Assembly (NCBI GenBank): GCA_030390025.1
Contig: CM059432.1
Location: forward strand, 42,720,001-42,784,000
Reading direction: 5' to 3'
Length of the DNA: 64,000 nucleotides
Source: Squalus acanthias
Taxonomy: Eukaryota
Positions 24,851-36,934 of the stretch are shown here, piece by piece. Position numbers and translations under genes: made by a program. Within the stretch, counting starts at the first letter, position 1, and each line of letters begins with the position of its first letter. Below the pieces are notes generated by a model. That model did not search any database, had not been told where the DNA came from, and saw nothing but the letters and a program-made list of their open reading frames with translations.

Positions 24851-25500
24851 ACAGTTACTACTTGACCTTCTTGCCATTAGTTTCTGAATCTGTTGCTTTG
24901 ATCTGGCACAAGAGGTGAACATTCTGTGCAGATCACCATTACGAGCTCCAACTACCTTTTACCTTAGTGACAGATACATCTTTCACAAGCTGGACAGTAC
25001 TGGCTCACATTTTATGCATTGTTGATTCTCCTCTATTTTCACAACTTACACTTAACTAGCACCTTTAATGTAACAAAAATAGCCCAAAGCCCCTAATCAC
25101 ATCTAGGCAGGAGTAAGGAGAAGAGTTAGATAAAGTACCTGAATGCAAAGTCAAAGAGGTTTGAAGGAAACTTTTGACAATGGATGAGATAAAATCATTG
25201 ACTGTTACAGCACACAGCGGGCCATTTGGCCCATCCAATATATGACTGTGTTTTCTCCACACGAGCCACCTAGTGTTATTCTTCTGTTCACTTCCCAAAC
25301 CCTTTTATCGACCTCATTATTGATTAATTATCTAATTTGCTTTTATTAACTCTGCTTCAACAATGGTTTGTGGAAGAACATTTCACTTTCTAACCACCCT
25401 CTGTTTAAAGGAAATTCTTCCACTTTCCTTTTAATTGTTTGTTTTTGTTATCTTACATGGCAACAAAAGGCCTTTAGGAAGAGAATTCCAGAGAGCAGTG

Positions 25501-26935
25501 GGTGAAATGGCTGAAAGCTCTGTAACTTGGTGAAATGGCTGAAAGCTCTGTAACTTGGTGAAATGGCTGAAAGCTCTGTAACTTGGTGAAATGGCTGAAA
25601 GCTCTGTAACTTGGTGAAATGGCTGAAAGCTCTGTAACTTGGTGAAATGGGTGAAAGCTCTGTAACTTGGTGAAATGGCTGAAAGCTCTGTAACTTGGTG
25701 AAATGGCTGAAAGCTCTGTAACTTGGTGAAATGGCTGAAAGCTCTGTAACTTGGTGAAATGGCTGAAAGCTCTGTAACTTGGTGAAATGGCTGAAAGCTC
25801 TGTAACTTGGTGAAATGGCTGAAAGCTCTGTAACTTGGTGAAATGGGTGAAAGCTCTGTAACTTGGTGGAGTGGCCGAAAGCTCTGTAACTTGGTGGAGT
25901 GGCTGAAAGCTCTGTAACTTGGTGGAGTGGCTGAAAGCTCTGTAACTTGGTGGAGTGGCTGAAAGCTCTGTAACTTGGTGAAATGGCTGAAAGCTCTGTA
26001 ACTTGGTGGAGTGGCCGAAAGCTCTGTAACTTGGTGGAGTGGCTGAAAGCTCTGTAACTTGGTGGAGTGGCTGAAAGCTCTGTAACTTGGTGGAGTGGCT
26101 GAAAGCTCTGTAACTTGGTGAATGGCTGAAAGCTCTGTAACTTGGTGGAGTGGCTGAAAGCTCTGTAACTTGGTGGAGTGGCTGAAAGCTCTGTAACTTG
26201 GTGAAATGGCTGAAAGCTCTGTAACTTGGTGAAATGGCTGAAAGCTCTGTAACTTGGTGGAGTGGCCGAAAGCTCTGTAACTTGGTGGAGTGGCTGAAAG
26301 CTCTGTAACTTGGTGAAATGGCTGAAAGCTCTGTAACTTGGTGAAATGGCTGAAAGCTCTGTAACTTGGTGGAGTGGCCGAAAGCTCTGTAACTTGGTGG
26401 AGTGGCTGAAAGCTCTGTAACTTGGTGAAATGGCTGAAAGCTCTGTAACTTGGTGAATGGCTGAAAGCTCTGTAACTTGGTGAGTGGCTGAAAGCTCTGT
26501 AACTTGGTGGAGTGGCTGAAAGCTCTGTAACTTGGTGGAGTGGCTGAAAGCTCTGTAACTTGGTGGAGTGGCTGAAAGCTCTGTAACTTGGTGAATGGCT
26601 GAAAGCTCTGTAACTTGGTGAAATGGCTGAAAGCTCTGTAACTTGGTGAAATGGGTGAAAGCTCTGTAACTTGGTGGAGTGGCTGAAAGCTCTGTAACTT
26701 GGTGGAGTGGCTGAAAGCTCTGTAACTTGGTGAAATGGCTGAAAGCTCTGTAACTTGGTGAAATGGCTGAAAGCTCTGTAACTTGGTGGAGTGGCCGAAA
26801 GCTCTGTAACTTGGTGGAGTGGCTGAAAGCTCTGTAACTTGGTGGAGTGGCTGAAAGCTCTGTAACTTGGTGGAGTGGCTGAAAGCTCTGTAACTTGGTG
26901 GAGTGGCTGAAAGCTCTGTAACTTGGTGGAGTGGC
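25501..26935. repeat. 28-bp minisatellite, about 51 units: GGTG(AAA/GAG)TGGCTGAAAGCTCTGTAACTT
   Basis: Directly visible head-to-tail units with no spacers. Two main variants plus rare 27-bp and single-base variants. Confidence 0.98.
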
Positions 26936-26967
26936 AGGATGGAGAGCATGCCGTAGACTATGACCAT

Positions 26968-29361
26968 GCCTGCATCCTAGGGTCTTAAAAGAAGTGGCTG
27001 CAGAGATAGCGAATGCGTTGGTTGTAATCTACCAAAATTTCCTGGATTCTGGATAGTTCCCAGCAGATTGGAAAACTGCAAATGTAACGCCACTATTCAA
27101 GAAAGGAGGGAGACAGAAAGCAGGAAACTATAGGCCAGTTAGCCTAACATCTGTCATTGGGAAAATGCTGGAATCCATTATTAAGGAGGTAATAGCCGGA
27201 CATTTAGAAAATCATAAGACAATCAAGCAGAGTCAACATGGTTTTATGAAAGGGAAATCGTGTTTGACAAATTTGCTAGAGTTCTTTGAGGATGTAACAA
27301 ACAGGGTGGATAAAGGGGAACCAGTAGATGTAGTGTATTTGGATTTCCAGAAGGCATTCGAAAAGGTGCCACATAACAAGTTACTGCACAAGATAAGAGC
27401 GCACGTGGTTGGGGGTAATATATTGGCATGGATAGGGGATTGGCTAACTAACAGAAAACAGAGAGTCAGGATAAATGGGTCATTTTCCTGTTGGCAATCA
27501 GTAACTAGTGGGGTGCCACAGGGATCAGTGCTGGGGCCTCAACTATTTACAATCTATATTAATGACTTGGTTGAAGGGACCGAGTGTACTGTAGCCAAAT
27601 TTGCTGATGATAAAAAGATAGGTGGGTTAGCAAGTTGTGAGGAGGACACAAAGGGCTGGATTTTGAAGTTGGAGTCGGGTTGGGGTCGGGAATCACACAT
27701 TCTGGCTTGTGAACTCGCCTCCATCGAGATGTGGCCAACCCACTGTATTTTCCCTTGATTGACCTTGTTGAGCCCGCCCAGTGGGCTCAGCAGGCCAATT
27801 AAGGGCCACCCGGCAACAGGTGACGTCACAGACTGACATTTCATCTGTCAAGAGCTTTTGACAGATGAAATATCAACGTTTGACAGCTCTGTGAAGCTGT
27901 CAAACACTCACAGTATGATTTCTAACTTCAGTCCTTCCTCTCAGGCTGAGTTAGAAATCATTCCAGCACATAAAACAGAAGGCTGCAGTTTCTGACAGAA
28001 CCACGGCTTTCCTGCTTTCTGTGCCGGTGAGATTTCTAACTCCCGAGAACTGAAGGGCTGACACCTGCAGGAGGAAGTTAAGGTAAGTAAAACTTTTTCC
28101 AACACTTAGCACTTACCTTACACACTTACCTCTGCACACATGCACCCATCACTCACCTGCCCACCGGACATATCGACCTCTCCAACCCCTGCAGACCCAC
28201 GGCCTGCCCCGATAAATTGGCGTGGTTGCCACCTGTCGGGAAGCCCACACTTTTCTTTTTAAAATAGGGATTATGCAAAAAACTGCCTGTTAACTACCTG
28301 TTAACAGGCAGTTAATTGTCACTAATCCCTTCCCACCTCGGGGAGTCGGGTCTCAGCACAGGTCGGGTACCCGCCGCCAGAGAAACTGGCATGGAGGCGG
28401 GATGGGGTCGGGACCCCCGAATCTGCAACTTTAACCCCCGCCCCGCCTCCAAACCCGACTCCACGGGGCATTGAAAATCCAGCCCAAAGAGTCTGCAAAG
28501 GGATATAGATAGGTTAAGTGAGTGGGCAAAAATTTGGCAGATGGAGTATAATGTGGGAAAATGTGAGGTTATCCACTTTGGAAGGAAGAATTAAAAAGCA
28601 AATTATTATTTAAATGGAGTGAGACTACAAAATGCTGCGGTACAAAGGGATCTGGGGGTCCTAGTACATGAAACACACAAAGTTAGCATGCAGGTACAGC
28701 AAGTAATTAGGAAGGCTAATGGAATGTTGGGATTTATTGCAAGGGGTATGGAGTATAAAAGTAGGGAAGTTTTGATGCAAAAGGGTGCTGGTGAGACCGC
28801 ACCTGGAGTACTGTGGACAGTTGTGGTCTCCATATTTAAGGAAGGATATACTTGCATTGGAGGCAGTACAGAGAAGGTTCACTAGGTTGATTCCTGGGAT
28901 GAAGGGGTTGCCGTATGACGAAAGGTTGAGCAGGTTGGGCCTATACTCATTGGAGTTTAGAAGAATGAGAGGTGATCTTATTGAAACATATAAGATTCTG
29001 AGGGGGATTGACAGGGTGGATGCTGAGAGGATGTTTCCCCTCGGGGTATCTAGAACTAGGGGGCATAGCTCAGAATAAGGGGTCGCCCATTTAAGACGGA
29101 GATGAGGAGGAATTTCTTCTTTCAGAGGGTCGTGAATCTTTGGAATTCTCTACCCCAGAGAGCTGTGGAGGCTGGGTCATTAAATATATTCAAGGCGGAG
29201 ATTGACAGACATTTGAACTACAAGGGAGTCAAGGGGTATTGGGAGAGAGCGGGAAAGTGGTGTTGAGGCCAAGATTGGATCAGCCATGATCTTATTGAAT
29301 GGCGGAGCAGGCTCGAGTGGCCGATTGGCCTCCTCCTGCTCCTGTTTCTTATGTTGTTATG
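26968..29361 (+). mobile_element. 5'-truncated CR1 (RT to tail) split by a MITE
   Basis: ORF 27165..27758 carries RT motifs up to FADD. The element resumes at 28486 (aaagagtctgcaaagg). Confidence 0.92.
27653..28485. mobile_element. Harbinger-type MITE family B (833 bp)
   Basis: Perfect 12-bp TIR GGGCTGGATTTT / AAAATCCAGCCC, with a 3-bp TSD AAA (27650-52 and 28486-88) inside a CR1. Confidence 0.92.
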
Positions 29362-29364
29362 ACT

Positions 29365-31060
29365 AGACTTAGGTAAGTGATGGGTGCCAGAGGGGAAATA
29401 GTGCTAGAGAAGGTTTCAGAAGTAAAGAAGAGAGGTGTCATGGAGATTTTTTTAAACGGGCAAAGTTTTTGAAATTGGTGGGGAATGGAGAGGCAGTGGA
29501 GGTCAAGTTTGATCGGGTCTTATTGTGGAATAGGCTTTGGGCAGCAGAGGTTTGGATGAGTTTGAGCTTATGTAAGGAGGAGTTCAGTCGGCTGACGAGG
29601 TGAGCTTTGGAGACGTTGAGCCTGGGGGTGATAAAGGCATGGATAGGATTTTCAGCACCCATGGGAACCAAGTAGGTGATCTTTCAAAACTGGAAATAAG
29701 CGGCATTGGTGATGGACTGGATGTGAAATTTGAAGTTGAGCACAAGGTCAGACCGTACACTGAAGCTTTGAACTGTTGGGTTTAGTCTGAGTGAGCAGCT
29801 GGGAATAGAAATGGGATAAATAAATAAATATGAGAAGTACTGGTGAAAGCCAAACAGGATGGTTTCAATTTCACTAATGTTTAGCTACAGAAAGTTCTAG
29901 CTCATCCATGACTTGATGTGAGACAGTACAGCAACACTCATAAAATCGAGAATGATGGTGGATAGGTAAAGCTGTGTATCATCAGCATACATATGGAAGC
30001 TGACCCCCACATTTACAGATAATGGGCTGTATTTTGCGACCCCTACTGGTGCGTACGAGGTGCGCACGCGCCCGTGGGGGCCGGGCAAGTTCCGGGTTTA
30101 GGCATGCGAAGCGCATGCGCTAAAACCCGGCACTTGCGATCTGTCAAGAATTCTCTTGACAGATCCTCCGCATCCCCAGGCTGTTTGCACAACTTCCGCC
30201 CGCTGAATGCCTGTCAAATTCTTACGCCTGGTAAAAGCAGGTGTAAGGCCAGCTTTTACCAGCATAAGAGTTTTAAAAAATAGAAAAATAAAATTTTATC
30301 ACTCATTTATAAATTAAAAATACTCTTCAATAAGGTAAGTTTATTTTTAGCCCCGTAAAAACATTTTTTTCCCAAAAAATTACATTTTTGTTTGAAATAT
30401 TTAATTAAATGGCATTTTAATTAATTTTAAATATGTAATGTTTTTTAAAATTTATTTCAGGTGTTGGTGTATTTTTTAAGTGATCCCCATTCATACTTAA
30501 TAAGTATGAATGGGGATTCCCTTCTTTTATTGGTTGGGCCAGCCCACGTGATCTCAGGGGCGCCTACGAACCGCCTGCACCCCTGGGATACGGGGACCTC
30601 TGCCCGCGCAGACCCGGAGAGGCCCAGGATCGCAAGCTTCTGTATCTCCCGGGCCCCCAGGTACATTCGTAGAATTTTTGCAGGTCGGAGGCATCCGTCC
30701 ACGGGAAGCCATAGATCGCAAATGTTGGCCCAATGTCACCAAATGACAGCATATGGTTGTTGAATAGGAGGGGGGGAGCCAAGGATGAAGCTTTAGAGCT
30801 CACCAAAGGTGATCATACTGCTGCAGAAGGAGATGTTATTCCAGGAGATAAGTTGGCAACTTTGAAACAAGTAGGAATAGGAAGCGGTGCCTTGTAAGTG
30901 TATCATAAAGGAAAGACTCTGGAGGAGGTGGTGTGGTCGACCATAGCAAAGGCCATGGAGAGGTCAAGCAACGATAATGCATCGTGGTCAAAATCACACA
31001 GGATATCGTTGATGATTTTGACCAAGGTGGTTTTAAGGCCGTCAGTGGGGAAGAAACTAG
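29365..31060 (-). mobile_element. Degraded L2-type LINE split by a MITE
   Basis: HMYADDTQLYLS (in ORF 29897..30088) and IHAFITPRL...LHKLKLIQTSAA (ORF 29438..29671) are L2-type RT and C-terminal motifs. Confidence 0.8.
30024..30731. mobile_element. Harbinger-type MITE family A (708 bp), uninterrupted
   Basis: Ends GGGCTGTATTTTGCG / CGCAAATGTTGGCCC, with a perfect TSD AAT (30021-23 and 30732-34). Confidence 0.9.
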
Positions 31061-31111
31061 ATTAATGAGATTTTAATAGAGAGTGGTGGAAAAGTGGGTG
31101 GGTACAAAGTT

Positions 31112-31955
31112 ACGAACATATGAAAATTGATGGAAAGGAAAAGACCAGCTGGTCCATCAAGCCCACCCCACACCATGATGGCCAGACCATCCTGGGTGAA
31201 TACTGATTTCCACAACCCCCCGCCCTTCCGCCTCGTCCCATCCCCCACCCCCCTACCCGCAGCCATGTAATCTCCTGGGAAAGGAAACAAAAACCCAGGG
31301 CCAATAAAGGAAAAATGCTCTGGAAAATTCCTCGAGGTTCTCCTCAGGCAATCAAAACAAGTCCAGGAAATCACATGGACTAAAAGTTATCTATAAAGAC
31401 ACTTGCCTTCTAAATGATGCAATCTCAGGACCGTTCCAGCTCCCTCTTGAAGGCACACAGAGACTCAGCATCCACCACACCAGCCGGCAATGTATTCCAG
31501 AGGCTCTTAATACTCCAGGAATAGAATAACCGCCTAACATCCAGTCTATTCCTACCCTTACATAGCTTAAACACGTCTTCCCCGGTCCTCCCCAATGTAT
31601 TAAACTGGAATAATCTATAATTAGGGACTCTATCTAGCCCTTTAATTATTTTATGGACCTCTATCAAGTTACCTCTAACTTTATGCTGCTCTAAAGTAAA
31701 TAGACCAAGGTCCTTGAGTCTATCTGAGTAGCTGAGGTCCTTTAATCCAGGAATCATCGTAGCTCTCCTCTGGACCTTTTCCAAGGCCACTGTATTACCT
31801 ATCATGTGTGGGGTCCAAAACTGGGCACAGTACTCTAGATGTGGTCTGACCAGCAACTTGTATAGTGTCAAAATGGTGTTCTTTGTTTTATACTGAATGG
31901 TTCTATTAGTACAACCCAATACCCTGGTAGCTTTAGCTGCAGTTTCTCTACATGG
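31112..31955 (-). mobile_element. Divergent CR1 subfamily, 3' fragment
   Basis: ORF 31425..31919 (LVRPHLEYCAQFW, LEKVQRRAT) with a distinct 3' UTR. Confidence 0.85.
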
Positions 31956-31967
31956 GAATGGGTTTCA

Positions 31968-32297
31968 ACAATTACAACAGTGACTACACTTCAAAAGTAC
32001 TTAATTGGCTGTAAAGCACTTTGGGACCTCAGGCCATGGAGAGGTCAAGCAACAATAATGCATTGTGGTCAACTAGAAGACTTGCATTTATACCATCATG
32101 GTGTGGGGTGGGCTTGATGGACCAGCTGGTCTTTTCCTTTCCATCAATTTTCATATGTTCGTAACTTTGTACCCACCCACTTTTCCACCATTCTCTATTA
32201 AAATCTCATTAATCTAGTTTCTTCCCCACGATGTCCTGAGGTCGTGAAAGGTGCTATATAAACGCAAGTCTTTCTATTGCTTTAGGTGATCTAGCCA
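31968..32297 (+). mobile_element. Deu-domain SINE tail with a templated insertion at about 32025-32229
   Basis: attacaacagtgactacacttcaaaagt...ctttggga and gatgtcctgaggtcgtgaaagg are contiguous in the copy at 41160-41250. Confidence 0.8.
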
Positions 32298-32679
32298 AAT
32301 CTGGTGGTGGCCTACTAGGCCAGTATTTTATATGCACACAAACCTGCAGCACTCAGATTTAAGGACCAAAAAGTAAATATACTAAGGGAAATGGCAGGGA
32401 TGAGAGACCATAAGGGCTCTGGTGGGCATGCCGAATGGACTCTTTGAAAAGCAAAGCTTCTCTGGATAGCCAATACAACCATTGTATGATTTTGCTGAGA
32501 AACACCAAAATCCTATCAGCGCAGTACCTTTTTGTGGTGCAGAAATATCAGCATAACTCCTGAGAAGGGAAAACATGCATGTGGACTCTTTACTGAGATG
32601 CAATAACATTTATTTTCAACAAGTGCGTTACTCAGACGTAGGTTCAATGGGTGTTACTGTGAAGGGTAGGTAGGTAGGT

Positions 32680-33940
32680 CATGTCTGACTAATCAAGTTA
32701 CATTTTTTGAAGAGGTCGTTAACATGGTGGCTAGGGGTCTGTCTGGTTCCTGTCTATATAGACTTCCAGAACGCATTTGATAAGGTTCCACACAAGAGAT
32801 TATTAACCTAAATGAAAGCGCACGGAATTGGAGGTATCGTTGTGTCATGGATTGGTTGGGAAGTAGGAGACAGATAAAGGGTTCATTCTCTGACTGGTGG
32901 GATGTGAGAAGTGGTGTTCCCCAGGGAACTGTATTGGGCCTCAGCTTTTCACCATATATCAATGACTTGGATGAAGGAATAGAGAGTTGTATATTCAAGT
33001 TTGCAGATGTCACTAAGTTAGGAGGCACAGTAAGTAGTGTGAAACAGGAAGTTACAAAGGGTCATTATATGGGGCAGTGTGAGGTCATCCACTTTGGATC
33101 TGAGAAAGACAAATCAGAATATTTTCTTATTGGAGAGAGAGAGTAGGAGCCATGGAGGAGCAAAGGGAATTAGATGTCCATGTACACAGCTCACTAAAAG
33201 CTAGTATAAAGGTACAAAATGTAATCAAAAAGGCTACTGGACTGTTGGCCTTTATCTCAATTGTGTTGGAATTCAAAAGTGAGGAACTGATTCTTCAGTT
33301 GTATAGAGCCTCAGTCAGACCCCATCTGGAATACTTTGTTCTGTTTTAGGCTCTGAACCTCATGAAGGATATATTTTCCTTGGAAGGGGCACAGCGCAGA
33401 TTCACCAGAATGATATTAGGGCTTAAAGGGTTAAATTATGAGGACAGGTTTCATAAACTTGGCTTGTATTCCCTTGAGTTTAGAAAATGGAGGGGTGATC
33501 TAACCAAGATGTTTAAAATGATAAAGGGATTTGAAAGGGTAGAAAAGGTGAAACTATTTCTTCTGGTGAGGGTTTCCAGAACAAGAGGGCATAATCGTAA
33601 AATTAGAGCTATGCCATTTTGGAGTGAAATCAGGAAGCATTTCTTCACGCAAACGATAGTGGAAATCTGGAACACTTTGATGATCTCATGGCACTCTTCG
33701 AAAAAGAACAGTGAGTTGTCCCTGTGTCCTGGCCAACATTTCTTCCTCAACCAACACCAGCAAAGACAGGTCTGATCATTCATTCTTTACCTTTCTAGTT
33801 TGTTGGACATTTTAGGTGCAATTTGGCTGCCATTTTTGACTATAAATAACAACCACTACTCTTGAAAATATAATTCAATAATTATAAAGTGCTTTGGGAC
33901 ATCCTGTGGATCTGATATGACACTTTATAAATGTAAGTTA
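32680..33940 (+). mobile_element. Degraded CR1 RT/C-terminal fragment followed by a Deu-SINE 3' part
   Basis: ORFs 32847..33146 (GVPQGTVLG, FADV), 33152..33349 and 33362..33775. SINE core from about 33680. Confidence 0.8.
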
Positions 33941-36934
33941 TTACCAACTGTGGATTACTAAAAGAATTTGGGAGTGACAAAAGTAGCAGGGTTATTCCTA
34001 TGGCACACATTTAGCCAACCAATGAAAACAGAAAAGCACTAACCCTCTTAATCAAGATGCAATTAAACATCTTAAATAGCACTGGAAAGGCAAAGGCAGG
34101 TGTTTGCAAAATTGGTTGTTACTGAATGAGAACTGCCAGGCATTGCAAGAACTACTGCAAGTAGTCACACAATTTATGTGGCTGATGGTCACCCCTCTCC
34201 CAGATGCACCAGTCCTGGGAGGAGGTGGCTGAAAGTAGGCACCACAATCCCAGATATAGCTTACACACATGCACCTCACAGTACAAACCTCAAGGAGATC
34301 AAGGCCACTAGAATCCCAACATGTTATCAATGAAACCCTGCAGCAAGCCAGCACACATACACCCTCCACAAGGAAATCACTTAGAAGGAACCGTAGGTTA
34401 CAGGCCACACATCTGAAACAAGGTACAAGCGAGTCAAACTGCCAACATTAACATACAGGGGCAATACTTGTAGGACAATGTGGTTTTGGCTCAGTTATTT
34501 GGCAGATGTGATTGTCAGGCATTTACGGAGTGCCAAGGTAAGAAGATTCCTCTTTGCACATATGCTGCTTCTGTGAGTTAAAATGTGGCACACAGGATTT
34601 AAAGTTCCCCTGCCTCCTCAGGGATGGAGGATGAGGAAAACATGTTTGCTTTTCCACACCACTCTTGTATGTAGTGGAGGTGCAGGGCACATTTGGAATG
34701 GGTTACTCTTAACATTTTTCATTTAATACTTGCAAGTTCTGCTCCAATTCAGTACTGCCATCACAAAGATCAGGCTATCCACTTTACAAAGTGATGGCCC
34801 GGGAGGGATACTGTTTGCGGTGCAGGGTGAGTTCTTTTAATATTCACTGTCTTCTACCTGCAGAACAAGGTTGTGCATAACCACCATGAGAGGGCCACAA
34901 TAGAATATTGCCCAGCAACCCTTACGAGTACTTTACTTTTGCACTCCACTCCACAGAAATTGAGAAAGGCACTGGCAAGGTCAAGTTTGGAGCTACTAAG
35001 TTGCTGTAATATACACAAAGACTGATAATATGATGGTGGGCACTTCAGAAATGGAACACAAGGCTTGAGGCATGCAGTGTACCTGAGGAACCAAGTGTGC
35101 ACTAATTCGGCAATGAACACAAAGGGGACAGGAGCCTGTGCACGTGTATGCTAGGCGCACTGTACCACTAGCTTCCATGTCAGTTAGGCAGCCATCCCAT
35201 AATGCCGCAAGAGCATGTGGTCAGTGCTACAGACACACACAGTTAATTTAGAACAGGCACTGAAAGGGAGATTGGCATTAAAATGTTTTTAAAAATTCGG
35301 TCCCTTTGCTCTCCTGTGCCCAGAGCACTTTGTGCCCCTTTTCTCTGCCCTGTTTCCTCTGCCTTTTACCCCTGTCATGTGCTAGGTGCCCCTCCGCTTC
35401 ATATTTAGAAAGTGCCTGGTGCTCAATGGGCAGTCAGCTGGCTGCTGGTGCCTGATAATGCAGCATTGGCACTCCTGGTGCATCATGAGAGATGCAGCCA
35501 GAGAGCCAGTAAATTATTCAAAGGGGCTGACCTTTGCTATCTGGGCAGGTCAGCCCATTTGTGCAGGACCAGCACTAGTGGCATGACACTTGGACTATAT
35601 TGTCTTGCTTGTCTTTGAAAGCTTTGTATTGAGGATGCATTGTAACTAGCTGCCATTTACTCTTCTTGTAGGTTCTTCCCTCAGTGAGTGAGTGGTCAAT
35701 CTATGGAACAAGCTCCTAAGGGAGATGATGGAAGCAGATAGTATTGATTCATTCAAATGCAAATTAGATAGATTTCCTTCAGAAAATAACATTTCGGGAT
35801 ACAGTATATGAGTAATTTGCGACATGACATACGGTAAGTGTAGCATGCTAGGGAGAAACAGGTAACTTTGAACTTATGATTCCCAAAGCTTTCCGCCACT
35901 GGGGGTTTCATCACCTCATGTTTGGGTCTATTGCAAACTAATTGATAGAGATTGATTGCCATGATTAGTCAACAACTCTGTTATTATGCTATCATGCAAC
36001 TACCAGGATGGTAGAAGGCGAACTAGATGGATTTGGTCTTTTTGCATTTAGCAATTCCTACATTTTTATGTTCCAAGGACAGAGTTGGATCATGGTCTCT
36101 TGCACATGAAAGGCAGGTTGCGTATTTGGATTGTAGCTGCTATTTGGCACATTAAATTGAAGAACAAAAGTGACAATTGTACAAAAGGTCAGCACAAAGG
36201 ACCCCAAAGAATGTAAGCACAATGATGAATGCATAGTCTTCTAAATACTGTCAGCAAAAGCAATCCGATTTCCAAATATAGCCAAATAACAACAAACCAC
36301 TGAGGGAATATGTCCCCCAAACTCATGAAATTTGGCATGGGACCTGAAACCCTTCATTAAAATATTCGTCTGAGGGCTGTGCCTGCTGTTGCTTGGCCTT
36401 CTGGCACGCCCCCAAATCACTCCTGGTAAAATCAGGTGTGCATCAAAGGTCATAGCCTGATTTTATGACCTTGAGTAAAACCCCCAAACATAGCACTCTC
36501 CTTTAAATGAAACCATCCTGCTTTCTCACGGCAGCTTCTCTAGTAACACCTGTTCCATTTTTACAAAATGAATTAATTGAACCAGCAATGCATTAGAGCT
36601 GCAATATGAGGCACTTCATGCTTAAGTGCCGAATCTTCTGGGTTAATTGATGTTCTGCATGAATTGATCATATTAGCACTCGAAGAAAGATTCATCATTC
36701 GGCAATACTTTTGTGGTAGGAAAATGGGAGGTAAGCAAGCACTGTAACACACACCCAACACTGTGCCAACAGCAATAACTAGAGAGTAGTAAAGAATCCA
36801 CTTGAATCATAGATTGAATTTTACAGCACAGAAAGTCATTTGTCCCATCCTGCTTGCACCAGCTCTCTTAAAGAGCTAGCTCCTTGATCCTATTTCCTGG
36901 CTCCTTCCCCATGCTCTGTAACTGCTGGGTGGGC

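Noticed and set aside
25501..26935. CRISPR-like array
   Set aside because: Units are contiguous with no unique spacers, there are no cas genes and the context is eukaryotic. It is a minisatellite.
25474..26967. 497-aa repetitive ORF on the minus strand
   Set aside because: The 28-bp unit has no stop in any minus frame, so the frame stays open by default. The peptide cycles through three frames and tolerates 27-bp units, which shows no codon constraint.
34200..35600. Possible degraded DNA-transposon interior
   Set aside because: The composition is suggestive, but I could not find clear termini or convincing peptide motifs by eye.
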